A stretch of 64,000 bases of DNA from Dendrobates tinctorius (lineage: Eukaryota), in contig NW_027361671.1 in assembly GCF_039654945.1 (NCBI RefSeq), positions 67,084,001 to 67,148,000 on the forward strand. Direction: 5' to 3'. The notes under the pieces are model-generated. The model saw only the letters and a program-made list of their open reading frames with translations, was not told the DNA's origin and ran no database searches. The position numbers and the translations under genes are program-made. The first letter of the stretch is position 1. The number at the start of each line of letters is the position of its first letter. Of this stretch, positions 1 to 12,867 are shown piece by piece.

Positions 1-1291
1 TGAACCGCAAGCCCTATAGGATTCTCAAAGCATGCCAGGAGATAACATCAAAAGAGATTAAGAGAATGGTAGACCTTGTTGTAATAGAGGACTCAAAAAG
101 TGGATGGTCAAGTCCCATTGTCCTCGTGCCAATTTCCTATGGTGATGGTGGTTTTGTATTGACTACTGCAGGCTGAATGAGGTGTCTAGTTTTGATGCAT
201 AGCCGATGCCCTGCGTAGACTATCTCAGTGCCCCACTAAGTACATTACAACCCTCGACCTGACAAAGTTGACCTGGCAGATCCCCATGTCCCAGAGTGAC
301 AAGGTGAAGATGGCCTTCTTGATGCCTGATAGGTGTTTTCAGTAAACCAGAATGCACTTCGGACTGCAGGGAGCCCCAGCTACATTCCAGAGGGCGATGG
401 ATCGGATCTTGGCTCCACATAAGACGTATGCCACAGCCTACTCTTGTGACCTTGTTGTATTCAGACCTGACTGGAGTAGTCATCTACCAAAGGTACAGGC
501 GACTCTGGATGCATTCAAAAAAGTTGGGATCACCGTATATCCAAAAAAGTGTGTCATAGGGAAAGAAGAGGCCAAGTACTTAGGCTACATCATCGGGAGA
601 GACAAAATCAAGCCACAGTTAAACAAGATCGCGGCAATTCAGAAGTGGCCGCAACCGCTCTCCAAGAAGCAAGTGAGGGCGTTTCTTGAAATTTTGGAGT
701 GTTACCAGTTGTTTATCCCAAAGTGCGCCATAATTGCTGCACCACTAATGGATCTCCTTAAAGGCAGCAAGTTTACGATGGTGAAATGGACTACTGACAC
801 AGAGTTGGCATTTTAGGAGCTTAAGTGGGCTCTGTGCAAGCATCCGGTTTTCTTCGCACCAGACTTTAGCAAAGAATTTGTGGTCCAGACGGATGCTTCA
901 GAAGTGATGCTGGGAGCTGTGCTGTCTCAGGAAATAAATGGAGAAGGGCATCCAAACCTGTATCTGAGCTGGAAACACTCTTACTGCGAGAAAAACTATG
1001 CAATTGTTGAGAAGGAGTGATTAGTCATAAAGTGGGCCGTGGATACACTGAAATATTACCTACTAGGTCGAAAGTTCAAAATAGTGTCACACCATGCCCC
1101 TCTGAGATGGTTAAGAGAAAATAAAGATAAGAATACCTGGGTTACTACATGGTTCTTAGCTCTTCAAGATTTCAGTTTCCAAGTAGAGCATAGGTCTGGG
1201 ACGTCACATGGTAATGCAGATGCTCTCTCCCAGATCCCCTGTTGGTGTCTGAAGGTGCCCAAACCCCCAGCTTTAGGCAGAAGGAGGAATA
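1..1291 (+). pseudogene. Degraded RT-RNase H 3' part of a Gmr1-type Ty3/Gypsy LTR retrotransposon
   Basis: Fragments carry MHFGLQGAPATFQRAMD (RT), VQTDAS and YYLLGRKF...HRSGTSHGNADALS (RNase H), with several stops. RNase H runs straight into a purine tract and LTR with no integrase downstream. Confidence 0.88.
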
Positions 1292-1799
1292 TGTGACAGG
1301 GTCACTGGCACGGTAAATGAAGGGAGATATGTGTCCGAAGATTGCTTTCTTCCGTGATCTAGAGTCCCATTAGTTTCTCTTGAGCATGCTAGGTGTGAAG
1401 GAGTTAATCAGCCATGTTATGGGACAGGTTTGTAAGTGAGTAGGTAAAAGATGGGCAGGATGCCTACTCACCATATCTCCACCTCAAAGGTGTTGCTGGG
1501 ATGTTAGATGTACAGCCGCTGTTTTCTTTCTCTGTGTTGTGGTTTGGAGAGGAGAGACTCCAGATGTAGCTCCAGGTGGAGCTGAAGACACATGGTCGTC
1601 TGATAGGGCGAACACTTCAGACGTATGAACTTTACTATACGTTATCTTTTTGTTTTGCCATTATGCCAGAAAGGCCTTGTTTACTTTGCTGAACCCTGCT
1701 ACGGTTTATGCTGTTCCATAGCAAACCAGCAGGTGTTTTACCACAAGAAGCGTTCCTGTGTCTACCTTTGGAGGCAGCTGAGTGAGTCAACCCCTCACA
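1292..1799 (+). mobile_element. 3' LTR of the Gmr1-type element
   Basis: PPT-like agaaggagga at 1279-1288; termini TGTGA(1292)...TCACA(1799) are inverted repeats. Confidence 0.65.
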
Positions 1800-2555
1800 A
1801 CCTATATTTGGAATAGCCATAAAAACAATGCTTATGTTATTATAGTCATGTATCTAGAACAGCCCACCCTGGTAAAAATGAACCGTTCCTAATTTGGAAT
1901 TGAATAGTACCACCTAATGGTAAGACAGGAGCCTATTGACAAAGAGTTAAACCTTTTGCTATAAAACTAGACACTCCTATTATGTTAAGCAATGAAGACA
2001 TTGAAAAAGCAATATTTTCTTTAATTTGTTACGTCAGGCGCAAGGTAATACAGTTATAAAGTAATTTATTTCATGCACCATGCAGAACACATTACTCTAA
2101 TGCATAATGACAAAAATCATAAAACACTGTTAGGTTTATTGAATATTTTTTTTCACGGAAGAAAACATTTTCTGATAGATTATTTCACAAAGAAATAAAC
2201 CAATTACATTTTACAAATGCGCATTTTCCTAGATCTTTGTCACTGTCGCTAGAGTTTTTTTCTGTTGTTAGGTTTAAGGCTTCATATTCAATCATGTTAA
2301 CAGGTTCAGAGTTTATTAATTTTTTCCAAAATTAAATAGATGAGGAACCAGTCAGCTCTGGGCCAATAATAAAAGAACACCATAACGCCACATTAATCAA
2401 GTTCTATGTTTGACAGAAATATAATCAGGATTTTCAGCAAAAATACTGATGGGAAAGAAATATGAAACATATTATATTAAACACATTTTCTTTCCTTATT
2501 ATTCAACTAAAACGTAGCTTACTTGAATCCTATTATGATAGACATTAATTGAAAC

Positions 2556-3070
2556 TTAACTCCTTCCTGACATCCACCATACATGTAGGTGCAATTTAGG
2601 AGCACGTGTATGGAGCTGGCTCAAAAACTTAGCACCCTCGATTCACAGCAGATAATAAGGATCAGCCTCTAACAACAGTGGGTAGAGCCAAACTCAACTC
2701 ACTGCTGTTCACCACTCACTTGGTGATGTCAATCACTAATAGTGGTCTTTAAGGTACACGGTCCGGAAGGCGCACAATTCCACATACAAAATAGCCCCTC
2801 CACAACGTGATTGTGGCTCTGATGGGTTGCTATGGCACTGGGGTGTCTAATGAAGACCTCCGTGCCTTCCATTACAATTCTCCACTGAAACCAAGCTATG
2901 GCTGGGCTTCAAAGAGACGTGATTTTTACAATATACTGCAATACAGCTGTATTGTTGTACATAGTATAAGCAAATCAGACGATTGAAAAAAGTTAAAAAA
3001 AATATTTAAAAATATTAACACAATTAAAAAATATATACATTCAAATCACCTCTTTTTAATCTTATTAACC
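2556..3070. mobile_element. Degraded non-autonomous DNA transposon remnant (TTAA-ended, piggyBac-like)
   Basis: Starts ttaactccttcctgac, resembling TTAACCCCTT termini; internal motifs resemble 22050-22930. Boundaries are approximate. Confidence 0.35.
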
Positions 3071-4028
3071 CTTTTACAATGTATTACGTATATATATATT
3101 CGTCAAATGTCATTTCCCTGACACATCCGTCTTTTTCCTGATGCGTGACAGCTGATAAAATCAACTACTGCTTTACTGGTATGTGGTAATCATTCAATTT
3201 GTGCTAGTACTGCTGGTTGGTTGGCAGTGGTTTTCTATATTTGTATCCTTACATGCTAATATGCTTACTGTACATTATCACTTGCACCATCAGCATACAA
3301 TATTCCTGCAGTGTTCATTTAGACTATATGATTGTACCCTATACTATATTTATACATTTTCCATTTCTATGCAGCATGTTTCCTCCCCCCATTTTATTCT
3401 TGGCACATATCATTTTTATTATTTATTTTATTGTGTGTCCCTCGACGTTTAATATTTGAACAATAAAATCATTTTTTAAATATTATTTGCCTCATTTAAT
3501 TTCTATCAGTTTCCTTTTGTGTTTTTTGCTGCTCACAATAACGTAAACTCATGTGAAGTCTGCCAGCCATGAAGTAAGGCCTTTGAACACATTTAGTAAA
3601 TAAAAGTCCTGTTGACATGGCAATTGTTACAGCAAACTTAAAAAATTACTTACAAAATTAAAAACCTTTATAAAATTCAGAATTATAGACATACAATATT
3701 AAAATTAAAGGCAAAAAAAGCAAAACACAGTAGATACACCAATGGATGGAGAAGGAACAAACATAAGATGGGCAATCAAGAATTGTATATCGATGGGAAA
3801 AGGAGACATCCCAATTCTAATACCTGATCGACCATATTACATGTAATTATTTATCTAATATTGTCTTGACCCCAGCATAGAAAGAAGTATTTGGTTTGGC
3901 CCTTACATTTTCTCCAACTCCAATTTTTTCCACATTTTTGTTGACAAAGGATTAGAATCATAGAATCGTAGAGTTGGAAGGGACCTCCTGGGCCATCTGG
4001 TCCAACCCCCTGCTCAAAGCAGGATTCG

Positions 4029-6800
4029 CTAAATCATCCCAGTCAGATGTCTGTCTAGCCTCTGTTTGAAGACTTCCATTGAAGGAGAACTCACCACTTC
4101 TCGTGGCAGCTTGTTCCACTCATTGATCACTCTAACTGTCAAAAAGTTTTTTCTAATATCTAATCTGTATCTCCTCCCATTCAGTTTCATCCCCTTGCTT
4201 CTAGTCTTTCCTTGTGCAAATGAGAATAAAGTTGATCCTTCTACAATGTGACAGCCCTTTAGATATTTGTAGACAGCTATTAAGTCTCCTCTCAGTCTTC
4301 TCTTTTGCAAACTAAACATTCCCAAATCCTGCAACCTTTCCTCATAAGACAGGGTTTGCAGACTGGTCACCATTCTGGTCGCTCTTTTCTGAACTTGCTC
4401 CAGTTTGTTGATGTCTTTTTTAAAATGTGGTGCCCAAAACTGGACACAATATTCCAGATGAGGTCTGACCAAAGAGGAGTAGAGGGAAATAATGACTTCA
4501 CGTGATCTAGACTGTATGCTTCTGTTAATACATCCTAGAATTGCATTTGCCTTTTTTGCTGCTGCATCACACTGTTGACTCATATTCAGTCTGTGATCTA
4601 TTAGTATACCCAAGTCTTTTTCACATGTGCTGTCACTTAGCCCTATTCCTCCAAGTCTGTATATGCTTTTTTCATTTTTATTGCCCAGATGTAGTACTTT
4701 GCATTTTTCCCTGTTAAAAACCATTCTGTTAGTTGCTGCCCACTTCTCCAGTTTATTTATATCTTTTTGAATCCTCTCTCTCTCTTCTCTAGTATTAGCT
4801 ATCCCTCCTAGCTTTGTGTCATCAGCAAATTTAATCAGTTTACCCGCAATTCCTTCATCTAAATCATTGATAAAGATGTTGAACAATACAGGCCCAGAAC
4901 AGAGCCCTGTGGTACCCCACTTGAGACATTCTTCCAACTAGATGTACAGCCATTTACGACCACTCTTTGGGTCCGATCACTAAGCCAGTTATGAATCCAC
5001 CTAACAGTTGCCTTGTCCATTCCATACTTAGTCATTTTTTCAATAAGGATTGTATGAGATACTTTGTCAAATGCTTTGCTGAAGTCAAGATATACTATAT
5101 CTACAGCATTTCCTTGATCCACCCAATCAGTGATTCCGTCACAGAAGGAAATTAAGTTAGTCTGACATGACTTATTAGTTACAAACCCATGCTGACTCTG
5201 TTTAATCACTTCATTCTTATCCAGGTACTTACATACATGTTGTTTAATAATTTGTTCAAAGATCTTTCCTGGTATAGAAGTCAGACTCACCAGCCTATAG
5301 TTGCCTGGGTCCACCTTCTTCCCCTTTTTGAAGATAGGAACAACATTTGCTCTTCTCCAGTCTTCTGGGACTTCTCCTGTTCTCCAAGAATTTTCAAAGA
5401 TTATGGAGAGGGGTTCAAAAATTTCTTCTGCTATCTCCTTCAGTACTCTGGGGTGTAATTCATCTGGACCTGGAGACTTGAATTCATTTAGGTTAGCTAA
5501 GTGTTTCCTCACTGTCTTTCTGTTTATAGATATCCTGGATTCTTCTATACCCTTAATAGGACAGTGAAGAACAGTTGATGTTACGTTTCCTTTCTGAGAG
5601 AAAACAGATGCAAAATAGGAATTTAAAAGATCGGCCTTCTCAACATCCTGTCTTACCATTTCATCATTTTCATCCTGTAAAAATCATATAGCATCTTTGA
5701 CTTTTCTTTTACTTTTGACATATCCCCAAAATCCTTTATTATTGCTTTTGACATCTCTTGCAAGCCTCAATTCATTTTCAGCTTTAGTTAATCTGATTTG
5801 TGCCCTGCAGGTTCTGCAGACAGCATTATATTCTTCTTTAGATATGCCTCCCTCTTTCCATTTTATAAACATTTTTTTCTTCCTTTTTAGCATGTGCTTA
5901 AGTTCTGTGTTCATCCATCCTGGTTTCCTTAAATGCTTCCTATTCTTCCCTCTTTTCGGAATTGTTAACAATTGTGCTTTGAGAATTTCATTTTTCAAGA
6001 TTTCCCATCCTTCCTGGACATTTTTGTCTTTAAGGATATCCAGCCATTGGATCCCTCCAATTCTCTTTCTGAATCCCTTAAAATCTGCCTTTCTGAAATC
6101 TAACCTTGACGTCTGAGTCTTCACAGGTCTTCCTCCTCTAGTTATCCAAAATTCTAAAATAGCATGGTCACTACCTCCTAGGGTCCCAGCCACTTTTACC
6201 TCCTCAACCATTTCCTCCCTGTTTATAAGGATTAGATCCAAGGTAGCAGTTCCCCTTGTTTTCTCCCCTACCTTTTGGAAGATAAAGTTGTCAGCAAGAG
6301 AGGATAAGAATTTCCTTGACCTGTTAGTTTTGCCTGAGAGAGATTCCCAACAAATGTCTGGATAGTTGAAATCTCCCATGACAACTATGTCATATTTTTT
6401 GGACAACTTGGCCATTTGATGCATAAAGAGTTCATCCATATCTTCAGCTTGCACAGGCGGCCTGTAGTAAATGCCTACAATGGTGTCCTTTCCATTGTTC
6501 TGTCCTTGTATTCTTACCCAAACACTTTCCACAGAACTCCCAGTCGCTGAAGCTTCAATCTCTGTGCAGATATACGCGTTTCTAACATACAATGCGACAC
6601 CTCCTCCTCGTTTATCAAGTCTGTTTCTTGCAAATAAGTTGTATCCTTCTAGTCTTGTATTCCAATCATGTGTATTGTCCCACCAAGTTTCAGTGATTCC
6701 AATGACATCATATTTCTTTTCCTGTGTTAGTAGTTCCAATTCTCCTTGTTTGTTGCCCATGCTTTGTGCATTAGTATAGAAACATTTTAGTTTGTGATTG
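4029..6800 (-). pseudogene. CR1 ORF2 (APE endonuclease + RT), disrupted
   Basis: GITETWW, MGDFNYP and GGSDH (APE); YLDFSKAFD, GVPQGSVLG and KFADDTKL (RT). One in-frame TGA at 5684-5686 and a 1-bp deletion near 4891 relative to the copy at 51655. Confidence 0.93.
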
Positions 6801-6939
6801 GTTTCTCTTTCTCCAATTTTTTTATTAATTAGATTCTTTTGTCTTTGTTCTTCCTTTCCACTTCTAATAGCAGAGTTCTCAATAGCATTTGTCAGGTGTA
6901 TGACTTTTTCTGGTCTTTTGCTTCCCTTCCCACGTTGTT

Positions 6940-7902
6940 CTAGTTTAAAGCTCTCCTTACAAGTGTAGCAAGGCGACTTCCAAATACATGTTTTCCAGTC
7001 TTCGTAAGGTGCACCCCATCTCTAGCAAGCAGTCCATCGTAAAGGTAATTCACTCCGTGATCCATGAATCCAAATCTTTGCTGACGGCACCATCGACGTA
7101 GCCAGTTGTTCACCTGCAGAACCTTATTCCACCTCCTTGTTCCATGGCCATCCACTGGGAGGATGGAAGAGAAGACCACCTGCGCTCCCAGTTCTTTCAC
7201 TTTCTTGCCTAAGTCTTCAAAGTCTCTGCAGATGGTTTCCAGGTTGTTTCTTGCGGTGTCATTTGTCCCCACATGTAGTAGCAGGAATGGGTAGTCATCT
7301 TTAGGTCTGAAGAGTCCTGATATCCTGTCAGACACATCTTTAATTTTTGCACCTGGAAGACAGCACATTTCTCTTGAAGTTATATCCAGTCTGCAGATAG
7401 CGGCCTCTGTTCCTCTCAACAGGGAATCCCCCATGACCACCACTCTCCGTTTCTTCTTCACAACATTTTTCTTTCTCCATCCAGGAGGACTCTGAAGGCG
7501 TACAAGGTTGCTGTTTGTGGGCAAAGTCTTATCCTGATGTATTTCTTTATCGTTTTCCTGCATGAGAGCCTGGTACTGGTTCCTGAGCAGTATGGGTGCT
7601 GACTGCCTCCTGATCCTCCTGCTTCTCTGGGTCACATGTCTCCATTCCTCTGTTTCTTCAGGTGCACTTCGAATTTCTTCTCTTTCTGTAACATGAAGAG
7701 ATAATTCTGCTCTGTCTAAGAACTCTTCCCCTTCCTTAATAATATTCAATGTAGCTAACCTCTCTTCGAGATTTTGCAACTTTTCCTCCAACAGGGACAC
7801 AAGCTTGCATTTGTGGCATGTGAAGTTTGGCTTTTCCACTGGTAAGTCTGTGAACATGTAGCAAGAAATGCAGCTCACCAAATGGCTCCTGGCCTCTTCC
7901 AT
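6940..7902 (-). CDS. CR1 ORF1p with N-terminal Cys zinc-finger/coiled coil and SGNH esterase domain
   Basis: CISC...CHKC followed by a heptad region; GDSLLRG, HVGTND and DGVHL esterase blocks; ORF is open. Start placed at MEEARS. Confidence 0.88.
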   Translation of the reverse strand: MEEARSHLVSCISCYMFTDLPVEKPNFTCHKCKLVSLLEEKLQNLEERLATLNIIKEGEEFLDRAELSLHVTEREEIRSAPEETEEWRHVTQRSRRIRRQSAPILLRNQYQALMQENDKEIHQDKTLPTNSNLVRLQSPPGWRKKNVVKKKRRVVVMGDSLLRGTEAAICRLDITSREMCCLPGAKIKDVSDRISGLFRPKDDYPFLLLHVGTNDTARNNLETICRDFEDLGKKVKELGAQVVFSSILPVDGHGTRRWNKVLQVNNWLRRWCRQQRFGFMDHGVNYLYDGLLARDGVHLTKTGKHVFGSRLATLVRRALN

Positions 7903-7936
7903 ATTGAGATTTCTTAAAAACGATGAAAGATGAGCC

Positions 7937-7993
7937 AATAATGTCTGTAAAGCGCTGTGGAATTAATGGTGCTATATAAATAAAATAAATAAT
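7937..7993 (+). repeat. Isolated SINE 3' tail
   Basis: tgtaaagcgctgtggaattaatggtgctatataaataaaataaataat matches the tail of the SINE at 20028-20306. Confidence 0.6.
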
Positions 7994-8779
7994 GGTGGCC
8001 TCTGGGTGTCAATACAGTGGGGAGCAAACTCGGATGTGGCTCGTAAATATGCCTCAGAGTTGAATGTGGCTCTCAAGGTGAGAAAGGTTGTGGAACACTG
8101 CTCTAAGGCTATGGATTCTTTTAGAGCATGCAAGTTTCAGACTTATTAAAATTTTAAGCTTTAATAGACTAGGTACTGTGCTCGCAATAAAAGGATATAA
8201 AAATGTGGTAATAAAAAGTGACATACAAATATGCAAAACAGTTATAAAAATAAAAGTGAGAAATTTACAGAAATATCTAAACTTTGCAGTCTGGTATTCT
8301 GCTTTCTGTGGGACGGGGGTATGAATATGATATGGATCACATCAGCTTAGCTGCCTCTCAATCTGTGAACAACTTTCTTTGTGTAAGGCCTAATTTATAG
8401 GTTTAGCCTGGAGATCAGATTTCTAATTTCTAGACCAGCCTCTCATGTTAATATTCTAATTCCTGGTTTGTGACTGAACCATGGCTACTTTACCAATGAA
8501 TACATTATTTTTCTAAATGTTATTGTCTTAGATTTTCTTATCCATAGTAAATAGAAATTGTCAGTCTGCAAATAGGTCCCATTTGGTGTCTGCCTTCAAG
8601 GCATCAGGGGTGTGAAATGCTTCCAATTCTGTGTGTTCCTAGGAAAGCACCCTGGGGTCGGAGACAAGGAAAACTGCCTTTTGTCAAGATAACATATGTT
8701 ATCACCTTTGTGAGACCTGCAGCCTAAGGACAGATGCTAGATAACTGCTGGCCATACATCACCTACAAATACATATTTC

Positions 8780-10182
8780 CACTACATCAGTGTTGGCTTG
8801 GTCATGTAGCAGCTAACTGCCCAATGACTACAGAGCCATTGGACTGTAACGCTATGAGGCGTCTTTCGTTATATGTACTGTCAGTCTGTGTGGCGGAGAC
8901 CCTCACGGGAAAGGAACAACACGTGTGTGGCGTGGAGGTCAACAGCTATAGTGTGAATGCCGTCTTGGTTCAGGAAGTCAAGTAACTTTGGTACATGCCA
9001 GTTTGGTGGACCCTAGGGCCCTAACGAACTTAACCGAGGGCATTAGTTGCATCCATGGCAATACTAAGAACTACCCCACTGCTTGGGTTACCCTTGCCAT
9101 GCCAGTAGGGACCAAAAGACATCAGGCGGCAGTCGTGAAGTCTATGGGACATAATGTAATCCTGGGGGGAGACTTTCCCTTATTTTGGGACTTGTGGAGC
9201 TTTAAAAATGGCATGAACACTCTAGTGGAGGATGGTGCTCTGGGGCTAGCCCCTGGGCCATTGCAGCAAGATGATGGGGAACCCATCTTAGGGGAAGCAC
9301 CAAAATCTGTAGACTCTCCTCTGGCTGTGTATGCAGGCAAGGCAGACGACCTAGAGGATGTTTTAGAAATGCCAGGTCTTGAGGGGGCCTGTGGTAAGTT
9401 CGGGACCGCTCAGCACCAAGATCCTACTCTAGCAAGGGCATGGGAAAATGTAAAGGTCTCTGAGGGAAGACCATTGTACCCGGGGGTTCAAAACGAGTTC
9501 CCACACGTGGCAGTGCAACAGGGTATGCTGTATCACATAGACAAGGTGCGAGGAGTGGTGGTAGAACAGTTAGTGGTACCTAAGTCCTTTCGCCAAGTAG
9601 TTTTGGACTTGGCACATAAACATCCCTTGGGAGGACACCTGGCTGGAGAAAAAACAAAACACCGTATTCTGCAACATTTCTTTTGGCCAGGTCTAGTGGG
9701 AGACGTGACCCAGTACTGTCAGTCCTGTCCTACATGTCAGTTGACCGCACCTACATCACATTTTAGAAACCCCTTAGTGCCCTTTCCAATAATAGAGGTG
9801 CCCTTCGAGAGGATAGCAATGGATATAGTCGGTCCATTAGTTAAATCTGCCAGGGGTCATCAGTACATTTTAGTAGTACTAGATTATGCCACTCGCTATC
9901 CCGAAGCAGTACCCTTGCAGAATGCCAATGCGAAATCGATTTCAAAGGAGCTGGTTAATATGTTTTCTCGCACCGGCATTCCGAAAGTGATACTTACGGA
10001 TCAAGGGACCCCCTTTATGTCTCGTATACTTAAGGACTTATGTAAACTACTAAAAATCTCCCACTTGCGTACCTCAGTATATCACCCTCAGACTGACGGA
10101 TTGGTGGAGCGCTTTAATAGAACCCTAAAAGGAATGTTGAAAAGGGTGGTGGATAAGGACGGGAGAGATTGGGGTGCACTCC
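8780..10182 (+). pseudogene. Gmr1-type Gypsy gag zinc knuckle-protease-integrase, truncated by an LTR element
   Basis: GHVAANCP knuckle; frameshifted AVL(D)SGSQVTLV protease; VILGGDF; HHCC motif (AHKHPLGGH...CQSCPTC) and rve core (MDIVGP, TDQG, YHPQTDGLVERFN) follow the protease with no RT between. Confidence 0.9.
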
Positions 10183-12484
10183 TGTCACGGTCCTGTCAGC
10201 GCCGGCGTGCAGTCACCGCGGAGCATGGACTCACCCACACTGCAGAAGGGCCCGGGGTCAGACACGGCCGGATAGTTCAAGCAAACAGGACCTGGAGAAG
10301 CTAAAGTCAGTGAGCAGTGAAGAACCTACGGTCATGTGACCGCAAGGGGGCGGGGCTTAGCATCCTGCTGTCAGAGATAGGCAAAATACTATACAGGAAT
10401 ACTCAAAGTCAGAAAAACGGGGTCATACACAGAGATAACAATAAAGTACCAGGAATGAGACAGAACGGATAGTCAGGGACAGGCAGTGGTCAAAGCCAAA
10501 CAGACATAGAAGGTACCAAGCAGAATCCAACAAGCAGTATCCAGAGAACAGACAGAGTCGTACGCAGAGTATCAGATAAACAAGAACACAGCACCAACAC
10601 ACTCATGGGTCACCAATCAATGCCAAGGGCGAAAGTATAACTGACAGGGATGGGAGCGTCTTGAGGCTATAATAAGCTTTCCCAGAACCAGGGAGAGGCC
10701 ACAATCATAATCCCCAGGTATGCAGCTAAGCCTGCACAGGGATCACAACCTTTAACCCCAGAAATGCCAGTCATCAGCACTGGTTCCAGACATTCACCCC
10801 GCATGTGCGAGTCAAACCCGCACTGAGATCATGACAGTACCCCCCTCTCAACGGGGGTCTCTGGACCTCCAGGCTTGCCCGGGTACTTAGCATGGAAAGC
10901 CTGCACCAGGCGATCAGCATGCATCAACCGGGCCGGTACCCAGGATCTCTCTTCCGGTCCATACCCCTTCCAATGAACCAGGTATTGTACCGACCGCGGT
11001 ACCAACCTGGAATCTACGATATGACCAACCTCGTACTCCACCTGCCCCTCGACCAAAAAAGGAGGAGCAGCGGACTCGGAGTCTCCCCGGACTGCTTCAA
11101 AAGGTTTCAGTAGAGATTTGTGGAAGACGTTGTGGATCTTGAAAGAGGGTGGAAGGCACGGCCTATACACCACTGGATTGATTTTTTCCACAATCTTGTA
11201 TGGGCCAATGAATTTGGGTCCCAACTTGGCTGAAGGAACCTTCAACTTAATGTTTCACGTGGAGAGCCAAACCTTGTCTCCAACCTGAAACGTGGGCCCT
11301 GGTGTTCGTTTCCTGTCCGCAAAAAACTTATACCTGCCCTGAGACCTAGATATACTCCGCTGGACTTCTGCCCACATATTCTGTAATCACTGAACAGAGC
11401 CCTCAGCCCCGGGACACCCTGAGTCCAGACGAGAAAGCTCACCAAAATGAGGACTGAACCCATAATTGATCAAAAAAGGAGTCATATCCGAGGATTGACT
11501 CACCTGACTATTGAAGGCAATTTCAACCATCGGCAGTGCATCGCACCAGTCATTCTGTCTAGCAGAGGTTAAACACCTGAGGATCTGTTCCAGGGACTGG
11601 TTAGTGCGTTCCGTATGACCATTGCTCTCAGGATGGTATGCAGACGAAAAGGACAGCGACATCCCTCATTTTTTGCAGAAAGCATGCCAAAACTTAGCCA
11701 CAAACTGCACACCACGATCAGACACCACATTCAGGGGTACCCCATGCAACCGGATCACATGCTGCACAAACAACCTGGACAACGTCTCAGCTGACGGTAG
11801 TGCGCACAGGGGTACAAAATGAGCCTGCTTAGAAAACCTGTCCACCACTACCCATACCACCGTATTACCCTTAGATGGAGGGAGATTGGTAAAAAAATCC
11901 ATGGATAAGTGAGTCCATGGTCTTTCGGGCACTGCCAAGGGCATCAGCTCCACTGCTGGCCGGCTATGAGAGCTTTTGGAACGAGCGCAGACCCCACAAC
12001 CAGCAATTAATTTTTTTATGTCCGAACCAAGGGTAGGCCACCAAAAGATCCTAGCCACCGCCAGACGCGTGGCTGAAATACCAGGGTGAGCACTCAGCTT
12101 GGATTTGTGGAACTCCTGCAAGAGTTTCAGGCGAAGTGGCTCTGGGACAAACAACTTACCCCCCGGCTTGGCCGCCGGAGCCCGCGACTGGGCCCCCTGA
12201 ATCTCCCGTTCCAATTCAGACGAGACCTCTGCTAACACAACTCCAGGGTGAAGAATGGAGGACGGTGGCTCGGGGGGGAGACACCGGCTGAAAACTGCGC
12301 GACAAGGCATCAGCCTTGACATTCTTAGACCCTGGACGAAATGTAATCGTAAACTGAAAATGGGGAAAAAAAGTGACCAACGGGCCTGTCTGGGCGTTAG
12401 TCTTTTAACAGACTCAATGTATGACAAATTTTTGTGATCCGTGATCACCGTAACCGGGTGACTGGCCCCCTCCAAAAATTGCCT
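10183..12484 (-). mobile_element. 3' part of a sushi/chromovirus-type Gypsy element (RNase H, integrase, chromodomain, PPT, 3' LTR 10183-10836)
   Basis: ORF fragments 11666-12475, 11387-11662 and 10829-11245 ([10 protein letters not shown]...[15 protein letters not shown] chromodomain); PPT 10837-10850; LTR with TGTCA termini. Confidence 0.92.
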
Positions 12485-12867
12485 GCGTATTATCTCTGTG
12501 TATGACTCATTGCCTGTGACCTGACTACTCTCTGCTCTCCCCTCTTGTACCTTACAGCTATCTCTCTGTGTTGACTCATTGGCTACGTCTGACTATTCTC
12601 CCTGTCTATGCCCCTTGGTAACTTTGTCTCGCAGTTACCCTGCTAGGAGTTCTCTTGCAGCTCCTTGCTCGCTGGAGTTTCGGCCACGCCCCCAGCAGTC
12701 ACGTGCTTCAGGTCCTGCGGCTCTGAAGTACGCATCTACTCAACTGCTGCCCGCTCCACAGGTATCTTTGAGCACAGTCCGCTTTACTCAGGACATGTTC
12801 AGTGCGGTGTTCCTGACATTATAACTGGCCTGCAAGTTTGTTTTTTTTCTCTCCTCACTTCTGCAGC

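Larger units (their letters stand above)
3953..7936 (-). mobile_element. Near full-length CR1 LINE (ORF1 + ORF2)
   Basis: 3' tail of (GATTCTAT)n-type repeats at 3953; ORF1 and ORF2 in CR1 order; only two obvious ORF2 lesions. Confidence 0.95.
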
